From the NCBI GenBank assembly GCA_963763775.1, contig CAVXPZ010000004.1, forward strand, positions 448,001 through 512,000: 64,000 nucleotides of DNA, read 5' to 3'. The notes under the pieces are model-generated. The model had not been told where the DNA came from. It saw only the letters and a list, made by a program, of their open reading frames with translations, and searched no databases. A program made the translations under genes and the position numbers. Shown piece by piece: positions 12,466 through 23,276 of the stretch. How positions within the stretch are numbered: the stretch's first letter is position 1; every line of letters starts with the position of its first letter. Origin of the DNA: an uncultured Chloroflexia bacterium (GTDB taxonomy: Bacteria > Chloroflexota > Limnocylindria > Limnocylindrales > CSP1-4).

Positions 12466-13328
12466 CGAGGGTCGGTCTCCTTGCGGGTGAAGAGCCGCCG
12501 CAGCGGCGCGGCGAGGTCGGGCCAGGGCGAGCCCAGGCGGTGGACGAGACGTTCTTCGAACCGCACGTGCTCGGTGAACCCGAGGCGTCGGTACGCGTTG
12601 AGGGCCGGTGGGTTGTCCGACCGGACGTTGAGCACGACCTGGTCGCACGAGCGGAGGAGCTCCGCGGTCACCGCACCGGTGACGGCCGTCGCGAAGCCAC
12701 GCCCACGATAGTCGATGTGGGTGAACACGTTGCCGACCACCGCGAGCCGCGCCGACGGGCTGACCACATGCGTGCCCGCGGCGGCCACGAGGTTGCCGTT
12801 GACCCGGACGCCGTAGTACACGCCCTCCGCGAGCGAGGACGAGGGCAGCCACGACGCGAACCCCAGCTGATAGAGCCGGTTGAGGTCCCCGATGTCGACG
12901 GGCAGGATCCGCGACACCGACGCCGGGTACGGCCGGAATCGGGTCCGGTCGACCCACATCCGGACCATCGGCGGGCCGGGGTCGACGCGGTAGTGGGCCT
13001 CCACGGCCGCCATGACGTCCGGACGCAGCGCGACGTAGGCGGCACGCGGCCGCACGAGGTCCCGCAGGATCGTGTCGATCCCGTCCGTGCGGCCCATGAC
13101 GAACAGCGGCTGCGGGGTCGGGCCGTTGTACTCGAGGACCAGGCTGACCGGCTCGTCGCCGGCATAGCCGACCGCCCAGCGGGTCCGGGCGAACTCGCGT
13201 TCCTCGAGGTCGCAGATCGCGTAGGCGGCGAACAGCCGGTCGCGCTCGAGGAAATCGCGCAGGACCGCCCGGTCCGTCGTGGTCCGCGCGATGACGTCGC
13301 CACGGCGACCGATCGCGACGGTCGCCAT
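12462..13328 (-). CDS. GNAT-family acetyltransferase (C-terminal FR47-like domain)
   Basis: [15 protein letters not shown] acetyl-CoA motif, [13 protein letters not shown]. Confidence 0.85.
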   Translation of the reverse strand: MATVAIGRRGDVIARTTTDRAVLRDFLERDRLFAAYAICDLEEREFARTRWAVGYAGDEPVSLVLEYNGPTPQPLFVMGRTDGIDTILRDLVRPRAAYVALRPDVMAAVEAHYRVDPGPPMVRMWVDRTRFRPYPASVSRILPVDIGDLNRLYQLGFASWLPSSSLAEGVYYGVRVNGNLVAAAGTHVVSPSARLAVVGNVFTHIDYRGRGFATAVTGAVTAELLRSCDQVVLNVRSDNPPALNAYRRLGFTEHVRFEERLVHRLGSPWPDLAAPLRRLFTRKETDPR

Positions 13329-14776
13329 CAGGGCCGGACCTCGGCGGGCTCGGTCAGTCGCACGGGCCGGTCGTGTCCGGGCAGCTGCGCCCATCGCGCG
13401 ATCGCGGCGGCCTGGGCGGCGCGCAGGCCGTCCTCGAACGGCGGCCGGACGATCCCCTCCTCCGTGATGATCCCGGTGATCAACTCGGCCGGGGTCACGT
13501 CGAAGGCGGGATTGCGGACGGCCGTGTCGGGCGGGGCGATCCGGATGCCGCGGATCAGGAGGACCTCGTCGGCCTTGCGCTCCTCGATGGGGATCGCCGA
13601 CCCGTCGGGCGTGTCGAGGTCGACGGAACTCGTCGGCGCGCAGATGTAGAACGGGATCCCGTGACGCGCCGCAAGGACGGCCAGCTGGTACGTGCCGATC
13701 TTGTTGGCGGTATCGCCGTTGGCCGCCACGCGGTCGGCGCCGACCAGGATGACGTCGACCTCGCCGTTGGCCATCAGGTGACCCGCGGCCACATCGGGGA
13801 GCAGCGTGTGGGGCACCCCGGCCTGGGCGAGCTCCCACGCGGTGAGGCGGGCGCCCTGGAGGTAGGGCCGGGTCTCGTCGACCCAGACGTGGACAGCCCG
13901 GCCGGCATGGTGGGCGGCCTGGACCACCCCGAGCGCCGTGCCGAACTGGCCGCAGGCTAGCGGCCCGGTGTTGCAGTGGGTGAGGATGCGGACGAGGTCC
14001 TCGGGGGCGCCCGGGAGCGCCTCGAGCCCGAACGTCGCGAGGCGGCCGTGGTCCGTGGTTGCCTCCAGGACGATGGCGTCTGCCTCCGCGCGCATCGCGT
14101 CGGCGATCGCGTCGCCGTCCTCGGAGAGGTCGCCGATCGCCTCGTAGCGGGCCATCAGCCGGTCCACGGCCCAGCGCAGGTTCACGGCCGTGGGCCGCGA
14201 CTGGACCAGGGCGTTGGACGCGCCGCGCAACGTCGCCCGGCGCGCGTACGGCCGGGTCTCGCGGATCCGGTCCGCCGTCATGGCCAGCCCGATGGCCGCG
14301 ACCTGGCCGATCGCGGGTGCGCCCCGGATGACCATGCCGCGGATCGAGTACGCGACCTCGGCCGCGGAGGCGTGCGGGACCTCGACGAGCGCCCCCGGCA
14401 GCTCGCGCTGGTCGATCATGTACAGGACGCCGCCATCCTCGCGGAACGGGGTCCGGAACCCGGTCGGGGCGGCGGGCGTGGCCGCCGGCGCGGCGTCGGG
14501 CCCGGGCGGCGCCGGCGCGATGGCGCCGCCGATCATGCTGGCCCCGGTGGTCGGGTCGAGGATGCCCGCGGCCGCCTCCACGGACGCCCGTTGGATCGCC
14601 TGGGCGGCGCCCGCGACGGTCGCGGCCGTCTGGACGAGCTCACCCGCGAACTGTCGGAAGAACCGGCGCCGGCCGAGGTCGACGGGTTCGGGTCCGGGTC
14701 CGCGCGCCTGATCGGCGACGGCCGGTCCGGCAGGCGCCGCCGGGACCACGGGCTCCGACGTGGTCGGCTCGCTCAT
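13328..14776 (-). CDS. mtnA: S-methyl-5-thioribose-1-phosphate isomerase with a ~105-aa N-terminal extension
   Basis: [61 protein letters not shown]. Confidence 0.93.
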   Translation of the reverse strand: MSEPTTSEPVVPAAPAGPAVADQARGPGPEPVDLGRRRFFRQFAGELVQTAATVAGAAQAIQRASVEAAAGILDPTTGASMIGGAIAPAPPGPDAAPAATPAAPTGFRTPFREDGGVLYMIDQRELPGALVEVPHASAAEVAYSIRGMVIRGAPAIGQVAAIGLAMTADRIRETRPYARRATLRGASNALVQSRPTAVNLRWAVDRLMARYEAIGDLSEDGDAIADAMRAEADAIVLEATTDHGRLATFGLEALPGAPEDLVRILTHCNTGPLACGQFGTALGVVQAAHHAGRAVHVWVDETRPYLQGARLTAWELAQAGVPHTLLPDVAAGHLMANGEVDVILVGADRVAANGDTANKIGTYQLAVLAARHGIPFYICAPTSSVDLDTPDGSAIPIEERKADEVLLIRGIRIAPPDTAVRNPAFDVTPAELITGIITEEGIVRPPFEDGLRAAQAAAIARWAQLPGHDRPVRLTEPAEVRP

Positions 14777-14837
14777 CGCGTCGTCGTGGCGCTCGCCATC
14801 GGACCCCAACGATGCGCCTGCCTCGCGGTCCCGCGGC

Positions 14838-15359
14838 TCAGTACTGGATGACGCTGGTGACCCGTCGTCCATCGAGACGGTCGCGGCCCTTCAGGAAGTC
14901 GAGCTCGACGAGGAAGGCCAGCCCGGCCACGTCGCCGCGCAACCGTTCCACGAGTTCGATGGTCCCCTTCACGGTCCCGCCGGTCGCCAGCAGGTCGTCG
15001 ACGATGAGGACCTTCTGACCGGGCTGGATCGCATCCCGGTGGATCTCGAGGGTGTTCGAGCCGTACTCGAGCGCGTACTCGACGGAGATCGTCTCGGCCG
15101 GGAGCTTGCCCAGCTTGCGGACCGGGACGAGGCCGGCATCGAGCTTGTACGCCATCGGCGCGCTGAAGATGAAGCCGCGGGACTCCATCCCGACCACGAT
15201 GTCGATCCCCTCGCCCACGTACGGGGCGAGCATGAGGTCGATGGACTCCTTATAGGAGACCGGGTCCTTCAGCAGCGTGGTGATGTCGTAGAAGAGGATC
15301 CCGGGCTTCGGGAAGTCGGGGATCTCGCGGATCTTCGCGCGAAGCTCCTCAGCGGACAC
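14838..15359 (-). CDS. apt: Adenine phosphoribosyltransferase
   Basis: PDFPKPGILFYDIT, ESRGF, YALEYG, IVDDLLATGGT. Confidence 0.97.
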   Translation of the reverse strand: MSAEELRAKIREIPDFPKPGILFYDITTLLKDPVSYKESIDLMLAPYVGEGIDIVVGMESRGFIFSAPMAYKLDAGLVPVRKLGKLPAETISVEYALEYGSNTLEIHRDAIQPGQKVLIVDDLLATGGTVKGTIELVERLRGDVAGLAFLVELDFLKGRDRLDGRRVTSVIQY

Positions 15360-15506
15360 TGGATCGGGACCTCCATCGGGCGGCAGGCAGGCGCTTCCGG
15401 GTGGCGATGGCGCTGGGGCGCGGGCCGGCTCGAAGTCTACCGCAGGCGGACGCCACGTCCAGCCTTGGAACGGGCTGGACGGGCCCGTCGGGACGTCCGA
15501 AGACGC

Positions 15507-16946
15507 TCAGGTCGCTTCGGGCACCGACGGCACGACAGCGGGGGCGCGGTGCGCGGCGGTCGAGCGGAGCCGGCCGGTCATCGCGAGGCCGCCGATCCCG
15601 ACGGCGATCGCGACGGCGAACGCCCCGGCGAGCCCGGGACCGTAGTCGCCGGCACCACGCAGGCTCGCCGCGATGATCGCGCCGCTGACCCCTGTCCCGA
15701 GGGCCGTCCCCAGCGTGTCGGACAGGCTCAGCGCACTCGAGGCGGAGCCCTGGGTCTCCGGTGACGCTTCCTTGAGGACGATCAGCGAGAGCGGGGCGTA
15801 GGCCAGCCCCATCCCGAGACCGGCCAGCGCGAAGCTCGGCACGGCCCAGACGACGGGCACCTCCGGGATGAGCACGAGCGCGAACGCGGCCAACCCCGCC
15901 AGGGCCACCACGTATCCGGCGCGCACGAACCGGTCGGTGGACCAGCGCTCGGAGCCGCGCGCCTGGATCCACGAGCCGGCCGTCCACGAGATCGTGGCCG
16001 CGGTCAGCGCGATCCCGGCGGCGATCGCCGACAGGCCTCGGTACTCCTCGAGGGTGAGGGACACGTAGGCGTCCACCCCGAAGAACATGAAGGTCAGCAC
16101 GCCGCGCAGCAACACAGCGGCCGGCAGCACGGGGCGAGCCGTGAGCGTGCCGGCGGGCGTAAGGCGGCGGATGCCCGGGAGCAGCGCGACGAGACCGAGG
16201 GCGACGAAGCCGACCGTCGCGACCGGCAAGCCGCTGGTCAGGCCGACGGTGATCAGGCCGGCGCCGAACGCCACGAGCAGCGCGTACGGCAGCCGGCGAC
16301 GCTCCGCCCGGCCAGCCGCCGACTCGGCGGCCGCGGCGGCATCACTCGGCGGCACGGCGACCACGGAGCGGATCGTCAGCAGGCCCGCGACCGCGATGAG
16401 CGGCAGCAACCCGAGGAACACGTACCGCCAGCCTAGGAATTCGCCGACCACGCCCGCCAGGGCCGGCCCGATGACCCCGGGCAGGACCCATGCCGTCGAG
16501 AGGGTCGCGAACATCCGGGGCCGGAGGCGTTCCGGCAGGCTGCGGCCGATCGCCACGTACGCGATCGGCGGGATCGCCCCGGCCCCGAGCCCCTGGATGA
16601 ACCGGGCGGCCACGAGCACGCCCATCGACGGCGCGAGGCCGCCGATCAGCAGCCCGATGGCGAAGAGGCCGAGCCCGGCGGCGAAGGGACGGCCGAGGCC
16701 GCCACGGTCGAGCGCGCCGCCGACGACGGCGATCCCGATGAGCGACCCGAGGAAGAACGCCGTGAAGACCCAGCCGTACAGGGCCTTGTCGCCGAGTTCG
16801 TCGGCGACGATCGGCATGACCGTCGAGACGGCGAGGGCCTCGAACGCGACGAGGGTGATCGTGAGGACCAGGCCACCGGTCAGGGCGCGCCGTTTCGGCG
16901 ACCACAGGCCGTCGTCGCGCGGATCGATGGTGGCTTGGGCGTCCAT
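15507..16946 (-). CDS. MFS transporter (DHA2-like, ~14 TM)
   Basis: AFEALAVSTVMP, ARFIQGLGAG, AWVLPGVIGP; hydrophobic throughout. Confidence 0.88.
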   Translation of the reverse strand: MDAQATIDPRDDGLWSPKRRALTGGLVLTITLVAFEALAVSTVMPIVADELGDKALYGWVFTAFFLGSLIGIAVVGGALDRGGLGRPFAAGLGLFAIGLLIGGLAPSMGVLVAARFIQGLGAGAIPPIAYVAIGRSLPERLRPRMFATLSTAWVLPGVIGPALAGVVGEFLGWRYVFLGLLPLIAVAGLLTIRSVVAVPPSDAAAAAESAAGRAERRRLPYALLVAFGAGLITVGLTSGLPVATVGFVALGLVALLPGIRRLTPAGTLTARPVLPAAVLLRGVLTFMFFGVDAYVSLTLEEYRGLSAIAAGIALTAATISWTAGSWIQARGSERWSTDRFVRAGYVVALAGLAAFALVLIPEVPVVWAVPSFALAGLGMGLAYAPLSLIVLKEASPETQGSASSALSLSDTLGTALGTGVSGAIIAASLRGAGDYGPGLAGAFAVAIAVGIGGLAMTGRLRSTAAHRAPAVVPSVPEAT

Positions 16947-17048
16947 GTCGACAAGGATGCGGCGCGGCGCCGATCCGCGCCACGGCCGTGCGTCGCAGGC
17001 CGGGCACCGTCGTTCGTCGCGGGCGCCGTCCGCGCCGCGGCCCGCGTC

Positions 17049-18095
17049 TCAGTCGCGCACGATCGCCTCCGGCCCGAGGTCGCGGCGAAGCTGCATGGCG
17101 GCGGCGTCGTGGACCGCCCCCGTGATCGCCCCCGTCTCCCGGAGGCGGTCCAGACCGAGCAACGCCGCTCCGAGTACGGGCGGCGGATCGAGGCGGTGGA
17201 TGCGCGCCAGCGGCGCCACCGCGTGGATCCCGGCCGCGATCCGCGCCTCGAAGTCCGCGTCGTCGGCGCGGAACACGCCGCCGGCGAGCGTCACGTCGAC
17301 GTCGCGCCTCGTCAGGTGAAGGCGGCGGACGATCGCGATGGCCATCGTCGCGACCTCGTCCGCGAGCCGGTCGATGATCCCGCGGGCCACCGCGTCGCCG
17401 TCGCGGGCGGCGCCGAAGACCACCGGCGAGAGCTCTCGCACCCGCGTCCAGGGGATCCGGTCGATCTCGAACGCGATCGTGAGGTCGAGCGGGCGCTTCA
17501 GGCCGAAGTGGGCCGGCACCGAGCGCTCGAGGCTCGTCCGCGGTCCACGCGCGTCGCGGGCTCGGACGGCCGCGCCGAGACCGGCGATGCCGACATCGGT
17601 CCCGCCGCCCCAGTCGCCCGAGGCGTTCCCCAGCGCGGCGAGCCGCGCCGTCCGCCCGTCGGGCGCGATCCCGGCGGCATTCACGCCGGCCCCGCAGATG
17701 ACCCCAACGCCCCAGCCGCGATCGGTTCCCGCGCGGACCGGCGCGAAGGCGTCATTGACGACCCGGATCTCCTCGGCAAGACCGGCGGCCCGGTACGCGC
17801 GCTCGAGTCGGCGCACGTCGCCGGCCGAGTCGGCGCCGGCCACGGTGCAGGACGCGACCCTTGCCCGCGTGCCGGCGCCGGTGGCGGCGTCCAGGCCCGC
17901 GGCTCGGCGCGCCTCGTCGGCCAGGCGGGCGAGCCCCTCGGCACCGGCCGCCATCCCGACGACCTGGTGCGAGGTGGTAGGCCCGCGAACAGCGGCGAGC
18001 AGCCGGCCATCAGGGCCGACGAGCACGAGTTCGGTCTTGGAGTTCCCGCCGTCGACCGCGAGGACGGCCACGGGCGGCGGTGCCTCGTGACTCAT
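17049..18095 (-). CDS. BadF/BadG-type sugar kinase (N-acetylglucosamine kinase-like)
   Basis: AVDGGNSKT, VVNDAFA, ICGAGVN, SGDWGGG, LAGGVF. Confidence 0.88.
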   Translation of the reverse strand: MSHEAPPPVAVLAVDGGNSKTELVLVGPDGRLLAAVRGPTTSHQVVGMAAGAEGLARLADEARRAAGLDAATGAGTRARVASCTVAGADSAGDVRRLERAYRAAGLAEEIRVVNDAFAPVRAGTDRGWGVGVICGAGVNAAGIAPDGRTARLAALGNASGDWGGGTDVGIAGLGAAVRARDARGPRTSLERSVPAHFGLKRPLDLTIAFEIDRIPWTRVRELSPVVFGAARDGDAVARGIIDRLADEVATMAIAIVRRLHLTRRDVDVTLAGGVFRADDADFEARIAAGIHAVAPLARIHRLDPPPVLGAALLGLDRLRETGAITGAVHDAAAMQLRRDLGPEAIVRD

Positions 18096-18725
18096 GCCCA
18101 GCTCGGGCGCGCCGGGACCTCGTCGAGCTCGTCGATGCGCACGAAGACCGCGCCGGCGTCGCGGAGTCGGGCCACCGTGGCCGGCACCGCAGCGAGCGTG
18201 CCTCGGGGCCAGCTGTGGAGCAGGACCACGGCGCCGTCACCACGGGCCTCGACCCCGGCGAGCACGTCGGCCGTGATCATCGCGCCGGTCCGCGTCCGGT
18301 TCCCAGTCTTCCGCGGCCACGTCCCAGCCGACATGCCGGTACCCGTCGGACGTCGCCGCGGCCAGCACGCGTGGGTCGTCCCAGCCCGCCCCGAACGGGC
18401 AGCGGAACCACGGTCGCGGGTCCACGCCGGTCGAGTCCAGGATGATCCGGCCGGCCTCGGCGATGTCCTCGGCCAGACCGGCGTCCGTCAGGAGCGGCAT
18501 GCGGGCATGGTAGTGCGAGTGATTGCCCACCAGGTGACCGGCCGTCGCGATCGCCCGTGCCGTGGCGGGATAGGCTTCGGCCCAGCGCCCCTGGACGAAG
18601 AACGTGGCTCGGACGCCGGCGCTCGCCAGCGTCTCGAGCAGTCGCTCGGTCACGCCCGCCTCGCTCGGTCGATCGGGGTGCTCCGCATCGAACGTCAGCG
18701 CGACCCGCAGGCGATCGCCGCTCAC
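18092..18725 (-). CDS. CE4 polysaccharide deacetylase (frameshift near 18290)
   Basis: ALTFDAEH, ATFFVQG, GNHSHYH, WFRCPFG, VVLLHSW. Confidence 0.82.
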
Positions 18726-19831
18726 TTGTCGATCCCGGTGACGACGAGACCTCGGGTGAAGAACCGCTGGGCGAGGATGAACGCCACCACGGGGACGATC
18801 AGAGTCATCAGGGTTCCCGCCTGGATCAGGCCTGGCTCGCGGTAGTGGATCCCGTCGAACCGCTGGAGACCGAGGGCGAGCGTCTGGATCTGGGTGTTGC
18901 CGGCCGTATAGATGAGCGGGCCGAAGAAGTCGTTCCACGAATACACGAGGTGGAAGACCGCCACGGCGATGATCACCGGGATCGACTGCGGCAGGATGAC
19001 CGACCACAGCGTCCGGAACGGACCTGCGCCGTCGATCGCGGCCGCCTCGTCCATCTCGAGCGGGATCGTCATGAAGTACTGGCGCATCAGGAACACGTCG
19101 AAGGCGTTCGCGAAGAAGGTCGGCACGAGCAGCGGGAGCCAGGTGCCGACCCAGCCGAGCTTCAGGAAGATCGTATAGGTCGGGATGATGGTCACGGCCG
19201 TGGGCAGGAAGATCGTCGCGATCAGGATCGTGAAGAGCAAGCCTCGACCGGGGAACTGGAACCGGGCGAACCCGTAGGCGACGAGGGTGCATGAAAGCAG
19301 GGTCCCGATCGTCGAGATGAGGGCGATCGCGGCCGTGTTGAACAGCAGCCGCGGATAGTCGATCAGGTTCCAGACCTTGCCGAAGTTCTCCCAGTGCGGG
19401 GCGAACTTCCAGGTCTGCTCGAGCGTCCGCCACGACCCCACCCAGGTGATGGGTGCCAGGTCGGGTGCCGCCGGATCGATGAACGTGCTCTGCTTGCGGC
19501 CGGGCTCGAAGAGCGCCATCTCCCGCGTGGTCCCGTCGATCGGCACCAACAGGATCGGCAGCTCCTTGCCCTGGTACGGGAACGTGACCGGATCGGCTGG
19601 GAAGAGCGGGGTACCGGCCTGGGTGATCTGGTCCGTGCTCTTGATGGCATAGGTGAAGGATCGAAGCAGCGGCGACAGGAACGCGGCAAGGAACAGGACC
19701 GCGATCAAGGTCAACAGGAACGTCTTCGGACGGTCACCACGCTGACGCGGCGGCCGACTCTCGGTCGCCGCGGCGCGCGTACGACCGAACCATCGAGACC
19801 GTCTGGCGACGCTGGGAACCTCGGCGGTCAC
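18722..19831 (-). CDS. Carbohydrate ABC transporter permease (MalG-like)
   Basis: AYGFARFQFPG, FLMRQYFMTIPLEMDEAAAIDGA, WNDFFGPLIY. Confidence 0.9.
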   Translation of the reverse strand: MTAEVPSVARRSRWFGRTRAAATESRPPRQRGDRPKTFLLTLIAVLFLAAFLSPLLRSFTYAIKSTDQITQAGTPLFPADPVTFPYQGKELPILLVPIDGTTREMALFEPGRKQSTFIDPAAPDLAPITWVGSWRTLEQTWKFAPHWENFGKVWNLIDYPRLLFNTAAIALISTIGTLLSCTLVAYGFARFQFPGRGLLFTILIATIFLPTAVTIIPTYTIFLKLGWVGTWLPLLVPTFFANAFDVFLMRQYFMTIPLEMDEAAAIDGAGPFRTLWSVILPQSIPVIIAVAVFHLVYSWNDFFGPLIYTAGNTQIQTLALGLQRFDGIHYREPGLIQAGTLMTLIVPVVAFILAQRFFTRGLVVTGIDK

Positions 19832-19844
19832 CGACGGACCGCTG

Positions 19845-20793
19845 TCATCGGTTGTCGCCGGCGTAGTAGACCCAGCGACGGGCCCCAGCGAAGAGGAGCA
19901 ACGTGATCGCGAGCGTGATCACGAAGAGGAGCCAGCCCATGGTGGCGCCGTAGGACATGTTCTGGAACGTGAAGAAGTTCTTGTAGAGGTAGAGGTTGAA
20001 GAAGTTGGTCGAGCCGGCCGGCTCACCTGTCCCGTTCTTGAGCACCAGCGGTACGAGAAAGTACTGGAGGACCTCCACGGTCGCGAGGACGATCGTGTAG
20101 AAGATCACCGGCGAGAGCATCGGGATCGTGATGTGGCGGATCTGCGCGAAGGACCCCGCCCCGTCGATCCGAGCCGCGTCGTAGAGCTCGGACGGGATGC
20201 CCTTGAGGCCCGCGAGATAGACGATCATCCCGGCGCCGATCCCCCAGATCCCCATCAGCACGAGCCCCGGGTAGATCCACGCCGGATCCTCCAGCCAGGC
20301 CGGCGGATGCGCGACGCCGACGAATTGGAGCGCGCCGTTGATCCAGCCGCTGTCGGGGTTCAGCATGCTGCGCCAGATGAAGACCCCGGCCACGAATGGG
20401 ACCACGTACGGCAGGTAGAACAGGATCCGGAAGCCACTCGAGCCCCGCAGATGCCGGGAGTGCAGCATCAGGGCGATGAGCAGGGGCAGGATCGACCGCG
20501 ACCGGAAGTGCCAGTGCCGCGTACTTGAAGGTGACGGCCAGGGACTCCCACATCTGCTGGTCGCCGAGGAGCGTCTGGTAGTTCTTGAGGCCGACGAACT
20601 GGAGCGGTTCCGCCTGCGCGAGATTGATGTTCGTGAAGGTGAACGCGAGCGTCGCGATCATCGGGAAGAGCGTGAACAGGAAGAACCCGATGAGCCACGG
20701 CGCGATGAAGACGTAGCCCCAGCGCGCCCGACGCCACGCCAGACCCGACATCCGGGTGCGGCGGCGGGCGCGGGGCGCGCTGAGGGTCGTCAC
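19845..20793 (-). CDS. Carbohydrate ABC transporter permease (MalF-like; frameshift near 20490)
   Basis: FIAPWLIGF, FVGLKNY, FRILFYLP, YLAGLKGIPSELYDAARIDGA. Confidence 0.87.
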
Positions 20794-20797
20794 CGGT

Positions 20798-22320
20798 TCA
20801 GGACGCCTTGTCCCAGATGGCCTGCATCTGGACGCGCATGTCCTCGATCTCCTTGTCGAGGTCGAGGCCGGGCGTCGATTGCCACTTCTGGGAGAACTTC
20901 TGGATCAGGTCGAAGGTCTCGTTGTAGGCCGGCGTGTAGGACTCGAAGTTCGGCACGTCGGCGAACTGGACGGCGTCCTTGGCCACCTTCCAGTCGATCG
21001 GCTGGGTGTAGTCGGCCTGGAGCGACTGCAGGAACGCATCCTGCTTGGCTTCGACCGCCGGCATCCCGCCGTACAGCTTGAGGAGATCCTCGTTCTGGAG
21101 CAGGTAGGTCAGGACCGTGAACGCTGCGTCCTGGTCCTTGCAGTCCTTGAGGATGCGGAACGTGTCGGCATTGAACGCCGCGGTCGTCTGCCCCTGGTAG
21201 GACGGCGTGGCCGCCATGTTCCAGTCGTCGCCGGCGTCCTTGACGCCGTACTTGGACCACAGGTAGTTGGTGCTCATCGCGACCTTGCCGGTGAAGAAGG
21301 GATACCCACCGGGGTTGAAGTCGGTGTTCTGGAACTTGGCATAGTCGACGGCCGTGTGATCGGTCCAGATGGAGTCGTAGAAGGCGTGCCACGCGGCCTT
21401 CCAGGCATCCGGGATCACGACGGTCTTGCCGTCGGGCGCCGACGAAGGAACCGGCCTTCCAGTACGCACCGGTCTGTCGAAGGTCATCGCGCTGCGGCTC
21501 GAAGCCCCACTGGACCACGTTGGTCGGATCGAAGCCGGCCTCGGTCGCGTCCTTGCCGTTCTTGTCTACCGTCAGGAGCAGGGCCAGCTTCCGGATCGGT
21601 GTCGTAGTCCCAGGGGACGACCGAACCGTCCGGCATCGTGTACTTGCTGTTGAAGGTATGGGGCGGTTCGTTGAGACCGGCTTCCTTGAAGAGGCCGGAC
21701 TTGTACCAGAGGACGGATGGGTAGATGGCATACGGGATCCCGACCTGTCCCTCGCCGCCGACGTTGTAGAGCTCGACCGTCGACTTCGGGTACTGGGTCA
21801 TGTCGTAGTGGTTCTTGTCGATGAGCGGCTGCAGGTCGAGCCACTGGTTGTGGAACGAATTCGCGCCGCCGATGCCGATCGGACCGACGATGCATGGAGC
21901 GTTGCCGGCGCCGATCTGCACGGCCAGTCCGTCACGCGCCGCGGCGTAGACGTAGCCCTCGAACCCGAGGTGGATGCCCGGGTGCGACGCATTGAAGTCA
22001 TCGGCGACCTTCTGTTCGACGACGACCTGGTCGGGTGAGTCGCCGGTGCCAAGGCAGCAGAACCAGCGGACGTCGATGTCGCCGGGCTTGGCGGTCGATG
22101 TGTTGGCGGGCAGCGGCGTCGGGACCGGGGTGGCCGAGGGCGTGGCGCTGTCGGCCGAAGCCTCGGCACTGGCCGAGGCCTCCGCTGCGGCAGACGCGGA
22201 TGGCGCCGCCGACGCGGCATCGGCCGAGGCCGCCGGCGAACCGGTCGATGATGAGCATGCGGACAGGATCAGCGCGAATGATGCGAACAGGACGCCGAAA
22301 CGTCCGAACCTTCGATCCAT
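20798..22320 (-). CDS. Sugar ABC substrate-binding lipoprotein (frameshifts near 21440-21600)
   Basis: LSAC lipobox, Ala/Ser/Pro linker, RWFCCLGTG, LDLQPLI, GIPYAIYPSVLWY, FFTGKVAM. Confidence 0.82.
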
Positions 22321-22339
22321 GATGTTCCTCCGTGTCCGT

Positions 22340-23152
22340 CTACCGGGTGACCAGGCGAGTGGCGATGGCATGCGATTGCTCCTCCTCCTCGTGCGCCGCA
22401 CCCTCCCAGTGCGGCCGCACCACCACCCGCTCCACGTAGTAGCGGGTCCGATCGCCACGCACGAACGTCCGGCCGAACTCGACCGGTGTGCCGTCCGCGG
22501 TGGAAGCGATACCTTCGATGAGCAGCGCCGGCGACCCCGGCTTCCGGCCCAGCAATCGCGCCTCCCGGGCGCGGAGCAGGACCGGCTCCATGAGCTCACG
22601 GGCCTTCGCGACCCGCACGTCATAGCGCTCGGTGAGCAGGTCGTAGAGCGAACCGTGCTCGAGGTCCGAGGCGAGCAATCCGGGGAACCGCTCCGCGGGC
22701 AGGTGGACCTGCTCGAGGAGCAGCGGCTCGCCGCCGGCGACGCGGAGCCGCTCCAGGTACAACGTCGGCGACCCGAGCTCGAGACCGAGGGCGTTGGCGA
22801 CGGCCTCGCCGGCCGACTCGGGACGCGAGGCCAACAACCGCGTCTCGGGATCCAGGCCGCGGAGCTGCATCTCCTCGGTGAAGGAGAGCTCACCCGCGAA
22901 GTCGCGGTCGATCCGCGGATGGAGGACGAAGGTCCCCCGCCCACGGGTCCGCTCCAGTCGCTGCTCGCGGACGAGCTCGCTCAGCGCCCGGCGGATCGTG
23001 ATGAGGCTGCAGCCGTAGCGGGACGCGAGGTCGCGTTCGGTGGGCAACCGGTCGCCGGGGCGCCATTCACCGGCATCCAGGGCCGCCGTCAGGTCGAGGT
23101 AGACCTGATGATGCAGCGGGATCGGGCCGAGCTCGAGTCGGAAGCGGGCCAT
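22340..23152 (-). CDS. GntR/HutC-family regulator (wHTH plus UTRA)
   Basis: PGDRLPTERDLASRYGCSLITIRRAL, RGRGTFV, SFTEEM, SLYDLL. Confidence 0.92.
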   Translation of the reverse strand: MARFRLELGPIPLHHQVYLDLTAALDAGEWRPGDRLPTERDLASRYGCSLITIRRALSELVREQRLERTRGRGTFVLHPRIDRDFAGELSFTEEMQLRGLDPETRLLASRPESAGEAVANALGLELGSPTLYLERLRVAGGEPLLLEQVHLPAERFPGLLASDLEHGSLYDLLTERYDVRVAKARELMEPVLLRAREARLLGRKPGSPALLIEGIASTADGTPVEFGRTFVRGDRTRYYVERVVVRPHWEGAAHEEEEQSHAIATRLVTR

Positions 23153-23210
23153 CGGGCGGGGCGAGCCTCGTGCGACGGGACGGGGATTTCCGGGTCTTGT
23201 GCGCGCGGCG

Positions 23211-23234
23211 ATTGCTGATAACGTTATAAGCAAT
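23211..23234. promoter_or_regulatory. 24-bp near-perfect palindrome ATTGCTGATAACGTTATAAGCAAT, candidate GntR operator
   Basis: AT-rich inverted repeat (11 of 12 pairs) between divergent gntR and GH4 genes, next to a minus-strand TTGACA (23237-23242). Confidence 0.75.
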
Positions 23235-23276
23235 GGTGTCAAGCCCCGTGGGTGGCACGAGGAGCGAGGAAGGCAC

